From Octopus vulgaris (Eukaryota), in contig OX597815.1 of the NCBI GenBank assembly GCA_951406725.2, forward strand, positions 119,102,001 to 119,166,000: a stretch of 64,000 bases of DNA, read 5' to 3'. The notes under the pieces were generated by a model. The model was not told the DNA's origin. It searched no databases and worked only from the letters and a program-made list of their open reading frames with translations. The position numbers and the translations under genes were made by a program. Positions 53,466 to 64,000 of this stretch are shown in pieces (position 1 is the stretch's first letter; each line of letters starts with the position of its first letter).

Positions 53466-55559
53466 CACACGCATATATGTGTGTGTGTATGAGTTCATTT
53501 GAAGCCATTGATTCACTATGTTGTTAGTTTGGTCTGAGTTCTCCAATATCCATGTGTTTATTTCATGTGGTCCCTGAATACATAAATAAAATCTACTATA
53601 AGTTTTAAGTACTTTCCCCATCTCCTTTCTTCACTCAAACACATTCAGAAAATGCAAGTTTCAGTTCTCACAGATCTCAAGTTTTGTTCTCTTCCCTTTG
53701 TGTGCACTTCCTATTTGGAATTTTCCCTTTCCATGAAATTGTAAATAGATGCCAACATAGCTATGTGACATAAACCACATGATTCTGTGTTGAAGTGCAC
53801 CATGTGGAACCTTAAGCAAGATTTTCTACCATGAGACTTGTATGTGAAATTTCATAAGTAGATATGTGCGAAGTAGCCTGGTTATGTCTAGTGTTTAGGG
53901 TTTTGGCTCATAAACATAAGGTTGTGATTTCAATTCCTGTTCCAGGCAGCAAGTGATATCCTTGGGCAAAGTACTTCACATCACGTTCCAGTAAACTTGT
54001 AATAAGTACTAGCTAGCTGCTTGTGCAGTCTTCCCTACTTCCAAATCTCTCATCCTCACATTGTGTTGGGTCAAGATTGAGGGAGCCAAGAGGATATCAA
54101 TGTCTGCAAATTACTTCACAGGCATCTAAAAACAGTGTAAACAAGCACACTCAGAGAGTGCAAACCTCTGTCAAGGCAACACCAACGTCCTCTCAATAAT
54201 TATTTCTAAATGATTTCTAAAATGAGAATATCTGAAATAAACTCAACTGCTCTTGAAAATCAAGAATACTAAAAATGAACCCAATTGCCCTCAAAAATTA
54301 AGTAAGTAGAAAAATAGGAAAAGTAATCCAGAATCCTTGTCCAGTACCAGAACAATCCCATCAGTTTGTGCTAGTCACAAGGCCAAACATCCCTGAAAGT
54401 TTCATCCAAATCCATCCAGTAGTTCTTGAGATATCTTGTCCATGGACAAACAAACAAATGCGGCTGAAAGCATGGGACATGTTACCAAGCAATTCTTGTC
54501 CATGAGTGACAGCTGGCTGCTCTGATAAAAAATTAATGCATTTTCCAAAATGCTGGCTATATTTTTGCCCTTAGGAAACTGAAATTTCACATAGAGGCTC
54601 ATAATTTTTGAAGAATGTCATAAGTTCTTTCATTTCTTTTTATTTGTTTCAGTCTTTAGACTGTGACCATCCTGGGGTACCACCTTGAAGAATTTTAATT
54701 GAACAGATCAACTGCAATACTAATTTTTTTCTTTTTTAAGCCTAGTACTTAGTCTATCAGTCTCTTTTGCTGAACTGCTAAGTTTCAGGGATGTAAACTG
54801 GCACCAGTTGTCAAGCAGTGGTGTAGGGACACAGACACATACACATATATGATAGGCTTCTTTCTGTTTCTGTCAACCAGATCCACTCACACAATTTTGG
54901 TTGGCCTGAGGCTATAGCAGAAGACACATACCTAAGGTGCCACACAGTGGGGCTGAACTTGAAACCATGTGGCTGGAAAACAAACTTCTTACCACTCAGC
55001 GATACCTGCGAACATGTAACTTTATCAGAAAATTGTTCTTTTTTAGCACCTGTCAATAAAACTAAAGATTTCCTATACCTCCCTAGCACTCTAATGAACA
55101 CTGGTAAAAACAGTGATTATAAAAAGAATTCATTGAAAATAATTATATAAATTAATACAATATTGGAAGAATAAAAATCTGTTAACTTTGAAAATGAGAT
55201 AAATATTTTGAGTAAAATCTTTGTATTAGATTCAATTTTTGTGTGCATTTTTGCACCTTTTTTAGAAGCTTAGATTGAATCATCTTCTAGATGGGTAGGA
55301 TACAGTAATTTTGAGATAACCAACATTACTGGACATCATCTTTTTAAAGCAATTTATCCAAAATATAGTGAATTTAGATGGTCTTTCATTTTTACTGTTT
55401 TTGTTTTGTTATGCAGTTGGCCTCTGTGTATGTGTGTGTGGGCTGTGCTAATGATGTTTGTAATGTGTCGGAAAAGATCTGAAGACCCTGCATAACTTGC
55501 AAATTTAGGATGAATCTCATGTATTCTTTGTATATCAGCCATGTTCTTTCTTTTTTAGT

Positions 55560-56075
55560 GAAATATAGTACCTTTGGGTGGTCTAAGTATACGTATGTCT
55601 CTTCACCTTTTACTATACTTTCTACGTGAGCTGTGAATGTTTTAAGAGTATTTCTGTTTCTGTGTGAGTAGTATGTTTGTACTGTTCCATGTAATGCTGA
55701 CTGTATTTGATGTTTACTAGTGTTGCTTTTAAGAAGAGAAAGAGTGGACTCTGCAGGTGCTACTGAAAACTTGGTACTTTGGAGGTAACTCTATAGGTGG
55801 TTAATGAAGAGTTGGAGAAGTTATACAGCTGTGTCTGGAGAATAGTGGTAATGTAACAATAATGTTATCTGTGTATAAGGCTGTGTGCATGATTTTAGAA
55901 GGTACAGACTTAAAAGTTTAGGTGAAATGACAGGCCCTTGTGGTTTTCTGTTTGGAAAATTGAAATATTTAATGTATTGTCGTTGCATACTTCATAGGAT
56001 TGTTAACATGAAGGGTAGTTTGTTAGTCAGTATTTTGTTAAGTGTTTTGTGTCTAAGCTAGTAGCAGGGGATTGT
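55560..56075 (-). mobile_element. highly decayed LINE RT fragment
   Basis: Minus strand PQGPVISPKLLSLYL (PQGSxxSPxLF-like) followed by LYTDNII (YADD-like). Confidence 0.55.
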
Positions 56076-56079
56076 TTTC

Positions 56080-57830
56080 TCCACTTTGATGATGTCATCC
56101 ATAGTTACAACGATATGTATGTGGAATTATTTGTTGTTGAAGCCAAAGACCAGCATATGGACCCATTCTAATAGACAAGCAGAATCTCTATTTGATCTTT
56201 CTGATATGATGTTCAGAGAACAAATAATGTTCTACCCAAGCAGGAGCAATAAAATTCTAAACCTTTGCTTCAAAAATAACAAGATTCATTTATAATGTGA
56301 AGGTGATGCCAACCACTTTCTCAAACCATAATGTAGTACTGACTGACAATGGTCCAAAGGAAACCATTAATATGTACCCTACAAGAAGCACTAAAATTTT
56401 ATCCTGTCAAAATTTCCCCAAAGCTAACTGGAAGGCCTGAAAGTCTTTCTAAGCAAGACCATTAAATAATACTTTAGCAATTCATGTCAATAATGTAAGC
56501 GAAATTCATTGAATTTGTTCCAAAAATAAAATCAATGCACACAAAAATATAATTTCTAGAGATGGTAAAATATATAGGACACAAGCATCACTTAAAGGAA
56601 ACACTTAAGGATAGCAAGAAATCCCATTTAAACAAAACCAAATGCTAACAAGAAAAGGAAAGTGTAAAACTAGAAACCAGAAAATTTAAAATTGAACATT
56701 GAAGCTTTTTATAAATTTGCAAAAGAATTGGTTTCTGTAGAGTACAAAATATTGCTTTTGTTCCAAGGAAACAACCCAATCACTGTAGACCACTCACCAC
56801 TCCCAAAGAATAAGCAAAATAACTGAATTCAAGATTGTTTTCCCCTTGCCCATGGGACATATGCAAATAACTAAGATAATTTCTTCACTAGTACAGCTCT
56901 GTATTGGAAAGCAGCAAACTTTGGTGAAAGGAACTCAAACTGAGCAACAAGTCCTTTTGCTTTCCTAGTAATTCTCTAAAAGCATGTGAACAGATGCTAG
57001 CAAAATCACTGCAGATATTTTTCCAAGGCTTCCTTACAAGTGGTAAACATTCTAAAAAGAGTTAAATGAATGACATGACCTACCCATAAAGAAGGAAGTA
57101 GTGCAGAGGTTAAAAATTATAGGCCTGTCTGTCTGACTTCAAACATCAGAAAAAACAAATAATCACTGCATGTCTTTCTAAGAAGTCAAAGTCAATTGTA
57201 ACCAACAGTGCTCTTGCAAAGGAAACATTAAATCTGGGTAGAGTCCCCGAGGGATTCACTATTTTGGGGTCATTACTATTTGTGTAGTGGCTCGCTCAGA
57301 CATACCTTCACTTAAACAGACAACTACTCTCACTAGTTATAGTGATGATACTAAATTATCATAACTAATCAAGAATTCTGATGGATGCCACAGATATATA
57401 CCAGAACCTAAATACAGCTTACAAGTGGGCCAGAGATGAAAGCAAAATGCAGTTTAATGCTAGAAAATTTCAAATGTTTGCTCTCAGATCACAAACATAT
57501 TGCAATCAAAATATACAAACCCACCAGGGATTAACAATGCAAGAGTCAAATTAGTGCTTAACCCAGTGATCAATATGAGTAATGATACATTCTTTCATGC
57601 GCATAAGGCAGCAGTGTACTGGTTACTGCCAAGATGGATTCTAAGATTGTTCTGAAAACAAGAAACTGGGTTGGTTCTGTAGAGATAATTTGTTCTCAAC
57701 TGTCTGGAATATTACTCTCATCTTTGGTCACCATGTAGTGTTAAACTAACCATAGAATTCAAAGCAATCCTATGCTTCTGCACTATGAAGATTTGCCTGA
57801 ATGCAACAGATGAGCTACTGTTTCTATAGA
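56080..57830 (+). mobile_element. decayed CR1/Jockey-group LINE (EN-RT)
   Basis: YPSRSNKILNLCF (PTRxxNILDL-like), KNYRPVCLTSNI, ILGSLLF, SYSDDTKL and MQFNARKF in order. Confidence 0.8.
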
Positions 57831-58216
57831 TGTAAAATATTTGTTGTATAATGAACAAATAACAATGGAAGATATTAGGAAAATATATAATAATAAAAGA
57901 AATAGATATAATATATAACAAAAAAATAATTAATTGTTGGTTCCTTGGTCATACTGCCTTATATGGAAATACCCCCCTCTCTCTCTCTCCCTCACTCATG
58001 GTCTGCTTCCTCTGTTACTCCCCCTCCTATACAATTACAACTGATAATTTACCTCCTCTAATTTCAGTTCCTGCTGTTACTTCTTCCTTATCTTCTCTTT
58101 GTCTTATGTCTACTACTATGATTGCTACTCCTTGTATGGAAGTTGTTTTCATTGGAGGTAACACATGGAATATGGAGAATACCACTCTGAGTGGTGTGTT
58201 CTATAGATGTCTGTGT

Positions 58217-58254
<38 letters not shown>

Positions 58255-58833
58255 ATGATGATGATATATATATACATACACATACGACACACACATACAT
58301 CTTCCATACACACACACATGCATATATTCAGAGAAAGAAAGAGGGATGTACACAAATGAATATTTAATGTAATATATTGTATGTATGTATATATGTATGC
58401 ATGCTTTTATATTGACATTAAGATATATATGTATAAATATAACATGTGTATGGGAAGAGTATATTTAGATATATAAATATCACTATCATCTATACTATTA
58501 ATATCATTGGTTGTTTAGCCATGCATAGAAATGTCACACTATTTTGTATGTTATTAATATGTTACAGTTGTAATTAATTGATAGTTAAACAGTAACACCA
58601 TTATTAATAGCATACATTTATTGCAAATATACAAATGTGAAATTTAATTGTGTTTTAATTTGATAAATATTTTTATTCTGAAAATTAAACTTCATTTCAT
58701 CATTTTGCATAATCACCATGAAATTTGAAAAAGGAAAATTTTAATTAATGTAGTTAATTATGTAATATTAACTGATACTATTTACAGTGGTAAAATATAT
58801 TCCCAGTATTACCCATATGACAATGTAATACTC

Positions 58834-58865
<32 letters not shown>

Positions 58866-60087
58866 CTTTAGTATTGTTTTAATGTCCACTTTTCCATGCT
58901 TGCATGGGTCAGACATGATTGGTTGAGATAAATTTTCAACAGCTGGATGCCCATCCTGCCGTCAGCCCTCGCCTGTTTCCAAGCAAGAATTAATATTTAT
59001 ATTACCCCATGACTAGACATGTTTGCATAGAATATTGGAAATGAATGGCATTCCTTGTATGACAGTGACACTCATTTGCAACTACCACGTGATATCAAGG
59101 AAAGGAGACACAAACATAGACACACACACACAAGAAACAATGCCAAACAGATAAATGTAGCTCGGGCAGCTCTTCAGCTGACCAGCTCCTTTCAAACCAT
59201 CCAATCCATGCCAGCATGGAAGACGAGAGTGAAATGATGATGATATTGTAAATGTATCATTATCATCATCAGCAACAGCAGCAATTAATGTCAGTCCTCC
59301 GTGCTGGCAACATTTGAATAATTCAACAGGGTCTGATAAACCAGTGAAGAGAACTGTGTTAGGTTCCATTGTCTGCTTTGGCAGGTTTTCTGTGGTGGGA
59401 TGCCCTCTCTAATGCCAGCCAGTTTATAGTGTACTGGGTGCTTTTTTTTCATGATGTTGGCATGAATGAAGTCACCAATTAACTTGCAAGACAAGTCCCC
59501 TCCACTGGATGAGGGTGTATTATTGAGGGAGGTGACTTTATGCCAGTTGTTGAGAGGTTAAATTGCCACAAGGTATTTGTTTATCCTTTTCTCATAGGAA
59601 AGATTATTTCAATAAATCAAGAATTTATTTTGTACAGTATATAATAAACCTATATTCATTTTTGTTGTTAATACTCATACCACTGGTTACACAGTTTTCT
59701 TTTTTCTTTGGTCATAAATGTTTTTGCTCTTTTCCATCATGTCTAAGTATTTCATCAGCTGGAGGTAAGGTAGAACAACTGCTGTGCTGATGATGACTTT
59801 TGAGGCAGAAACACATGTCCTCAGTTGTCTTCTTGTCTCTAGATAATATGACTATTTTTTCTTAATGGCATGTCTATTTCACAGAAATTTTTGATTCTTG
59901 AGATTATCTCCCCTTCTATTTGGAGCTGATTGTAATTACCACAGGGCATTTGTTTATACTTCACTTGAAGGGAAGAGTATTTCCATAAATCTTGAATTTA
60001 TCTTGTATGATATTTGATATATTTGTGTGTGTGTGTTAATGACATTCATTGTCAATTTATATTCTTATAGCCTCTTCCAAGCCATAA

Positions 60088-60089
<2 letters not shown>

Positions 60090-60118
<29 letters not shown>

Positions 60119-61030
60119 TTACATCCGTTGTACATGCTGGCATGGGTCGGACGGTTTGACCAGGGCTGATAAGCCAAGGGTCTGTACCAGATCCCAATCT
60201 GATTTGGCATGGTTTCTACGATTGGATGGCCTTCCTAACACCAACCACTCTGAGTGTAATGGGTGATTTTACATCCCATTTGTGCAGGTTCCAGTTGCAT
60301 GACACCAGTATCTGCTACAACTATGATTTCACTTAGCTTAATGGATCTTCATTCTCAAGCACAGCATATTGCCAAAGGTCTTGGTCATTTGTCATTGCCT
60401 CCATGAGGCCCAATGCTTCAAAGGTGCTTTTTACATGCCACCAGCATGGTTGGTAGTTCCTTGACACCAGCATCAGTCACAATGCCTACACGAGGCTCAA
60501 CGCTTGAAAGGGTTTTTTTACATGCCACTGGTACAGGTGACAGTTATGTGACACTGACAACGGCCAAAACTACAATTTCATTTGACATGACAAGTCTTCA
60601 TAAGCATGGCATATCGCCAAATGTCTCAGCTGCTAGTCATTGCCTCCGTGAGGTCCAGCGGTTGAAGATCATTCTTCATTACCTCATCCCATGTCTTTCT
60701 GGGTTTCCCTCTTCCACAGCTAGAGATCAGCACTTCTTCACACACTTAACTACATCCATATGCATCACATGACCATACCATTGCAGCCATCTCCATTGCA
60801 CGCCACATCTTATACCTCTTATGGTTAACTTTTCTCTAAAAACGTTTACATCCTGTTGTGCATGCACACTGACATTGCACATCCAGTGAAGCATGCTACC
60901 TTCATTTCTTTCAAGCCTGCACATGTCCTAAGCAGTCACAGCCGATGTTTCACTGCCATGTAGCATGGCTGTTTGCACACAGGCATCATACAATCTGTCT
61001 TTCACTCTGAGGCAGAGGCCCTTCATTACC
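60090..61030 (-). mobile_element. RTE-clade LINE 3' fragment with duplicated 3' segment and (GAT)n tail
   Basis: LERNEGSMLHWMC...LQWYGHVMHMD (ORF 60727-60924); its tail matches the short (GAT)n elements. Confidence 0.85.
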
Positions 61031-61059
61031 AATATATACATGACATGTATACTTATATA

Positions 61060-61179
<120 letters not shown>

Positions 61180-61329
61180 AACATAGAGAGAGGGAAAGTG
61201 AATGATGGAAATAAACAGATAAAACTGCTTGGGTTTGATATACAAAATGCATATCCATGTAAATAACGAAAAGGCAAAGACTGAAAGATTTTCAGATTAT
61301 TAACATTCACACATATCTTTCTCTCTCTT

Positions 61330-61378
<49 letters not shown>

Positions 61379-61821
61379 ATATATATATATATATATCTTA
61401 AATACAGCTTTATATATTAACGAGCAAACTTACTCAGATTACATAGACCGTTGCTACACTCTGAGTTCAGATTCCACTGCGGTCAACTTTGCCTTTTGCC
61501 CTTTCGAGGTCAATAAATTAAGTACCAGGGAAACACTGGGGTTCATGTAATTAACTTGTCCCCTCTCCACCAAACTTTAGGTCATGTGCCCTTAGTAAAA
61601 AGGATTATTATTATTACTGAGGCAGTGAGCTAAGCATACTGGGCGAAATGCTTAGCATATATTTCACCCATTGCTACATTCTGAATTCAAATTCAGCTGA
61701 GGGTCGCTTTGCCTTTCATCCTTTCAGGGTCAATAAATTAAGTTACCTGTTGAGTACTGGGGGTCAATGTAATTAACTCCCCTCCTGCAAAATTCTAAGC
61801 TTTGTGCCTATAGTAGAAAGA

Positions 61822-61865
<44 letters not shown>

Positions 61866-61866
<1 letters not shown>

Positions 61867-62410
61867 GAGTGAGTGAGTAGTGCATACCATCAAAGTGACA
61901 CTGGGGTACAATTACATGAAGCCCAGTATACCCATCATGACTACCCATCTGATAAGGGTACACCAGGCACATGCATCACAACCATATATGCATGACATGG
62001 TGATCTCATATCAAGATTAACAGAGCATGACCTTGCAGCTAGAATTTTCTTCAGATTGAGTAGCCCATCCTGCTCAAAAGGTCCCTGAATAAGAGTTGTT
62101 TAAGGATGTTGAACGAAACACCCCTGTTTCCAAAGGTGAATTATCCAAACCCCAAAGAATTCCTCTCAACACATAGCTATGATGTTCCCCTACTACATCT
62201 GCTTGTGAGCAGAGATGCACATATTGTTGGCCACTAAGGGACATGCTCAACTGGTTAAGGTCAAACAACTGACAAGCAAATCTGTGGTATTGAGCAGAAT
62301 ATTTGCTGTAGCCCATCTTTTATACCAAGACAAAACAATGTACATGATAACACTTCCAATCAGTTAAGATCAGAAGCCATGAGAACCGCCATCTGGTATT
62401 GCATCAGGGC
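61866..62410 (-). mobile_element. about 540-bp element flanked by (ATT)n on both sides
   Basis: Homolog of 39938-40460. Confidence 0.8.
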
Positions 62411-62432
62411 ATTATTATTATTATTATTATTA

Positions 62433-62880
62433 TCATTTTCATCAACTTTCAATTGTTTCCATTTCTTGCCGAGTGTCTTCTTGACACCTAGAGCAGAGAA
62501 ATGTACTGTATACGTTGGCAGGCCGTTAAAACATGCACACCAGATTGTTCATTCACAGAGTCATGTGATAGAGAAAAAGGGAAAGACAGAGAGAAAAAGG
62601 AAAAAATAAAAAGTAGATAAATAAACATTAAATAAAGGGGGAAAAGGAAAGAAAATTTACAGTGACAAGCTCTCTTTAATATGTGTGACATACCAGTTAA
62701 GACAGTGTTTTGCACTTCCTGCCTGGCTAGTAAGCTAGGGATCATTTAAAAATAATTTTCAGTTCCTTTTTTGATCATTCCGAGTGCTCCTACAATCACT
62801 GGTATTGTAACTGTCTTGAGATGCTACATCTTTTCAATTTTATTAGCAGATCTTTATATTTTCTGAGCTTATCAAATTTT
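62433..62880 (-). mobile_element. R4/Dong-like RLE non-LTR retrotransposon 3' fragment
   Basis: Minus strand KLRKYKDLLIKIEKM*HLKTVTIPVIVGALGMIKK; its 3' end abuts (TAA)n. Confidence 0.7.
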
Positions 62881-62897
62881 ATTATTTATTGTTATTC

Positions 62898-63372
62898 ATC
62901 ATCATCATCATCATCATCCTTTAACGTCCGCTTTCCATGCTGGCATGGGTTAGACAATTTGACTGAGGACTGACAAACCAGATGGCTACACCAGGCTCCA
63001 ATCTTATCTGGCAGAGTTTCTACAGATGGATGCCCTTCCTAATGCCAACCACTCCGAGAGTGTAGTGGGTGCTTTTACGTGCCACCGGCATGAGGGCCAG
63101 TCAGGTGGTACTGACAACGACCACACTCAAATGATGTTCTTTACGTGCCTCCTGCACAGGAGCCAGTTCAGCGGCACTGGCAACAACCTCACTGTTTTTT
63201 CACGTACCACTTGCACAAGTGCCAGTAAGGCTATGCTGATAACGATCACGCTTGAATGGTGCTTTTTACGTGCCACCGGTACAGAAGCCAGTCAGCTGCT
63301 CTGGCAACGATCATGCTCAGATGGTGCTCTTAGAGCTCCACTGGCACAGGTGCCAGTCATCAAATTTGATTT
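62898..63372 (-). mobile_element. (GAT)n-tailed RTE-related element with internal subrepeats
   Basis: Same family as 8745 and 41835. Confidence 0.8.
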
Positions 63373-63491
63373 CTCTACAAATTGTGTCTGTTTCATGCAA
63401 GCATGAAAGAGTAGGCATCAAAATAATGCTGATAAAAGAATGGTGCATATATATGGGTGTGTTTATATGTACATCTGTATATATGTGCAAA

Positions 63492-63542
<51 letters not shown>

Positions 63543-63757
63543 ATACAGTCATTAACCTCTATACATGGTTGGTGTGAATAAATGTTTATTATGTGAATTT
63601 AAATAGATATTTCACATGCGATTCCTATTTGGTCAAGTAGTTCAGATATTGTTTTCTATAACTTATGTATTTATATACATATCCTTACAACAAATGGTCA
63701 TATCTATTTGACAGTGTAAATTTGAAGGCAAGTGCAGCTATAAATATTATATATATA

Positions 63758-63789
<32 letters not shown>

Positions 63790-63846
63790 CACACACAAAT
63801 ATAGAATGGAAGGTGGATGTTAAATGATGATGCTGACATACGCATA

Positions 63847-63894
<48 letters not shown>

Positions 63895-64000
63895 CATACG
63901 TATATACATTTTGTGGGGAGAGAGGCAGCATGAGACATTAGGTTTATATCAGTACGCAGATAGATAAATAGATAGATTAGTTAAATTAAATTAGTAGTTA

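Overview
AT-rich, repeat-dense eukaryotic DNA with no intact protein-coding gene; the long ORFs are microsatellite read-through or decayed transposases. The repeat content (CORE-type tRNA SINEs, (GAT)n-tailed RTE-related elements, mariner/Tc1 relics, hAT and TTAA MITEs, Penelope-type pieces in (TA)n) looks like an octopus genome, an inference from recognising the repeats. The main unexplained structure: once younger insertions are skipped, the 'unique' DNA in the first 39 kb forms three consecutive long imperfect inverted repeats on the + strand (about 5.9-7.4, 10.9-17.2 and 17.6-38.5 kb). The core of the second is two head-to-head decayed Penelope-like GIY-YIG endonuclease regions. This is a candidate retroelement-derived long-hairpin RNA locus (endo-siRNA source or ADAR substrate). 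Also present: a near-perfect 442-bp palindrome with a minimal hammerhead-like motif in each arm, a second hammerhead-like (TA)n-inserted family, and a candidate 6-nt microexon. All alignments were made by eye, and boundaries of decayed elements are approximate.
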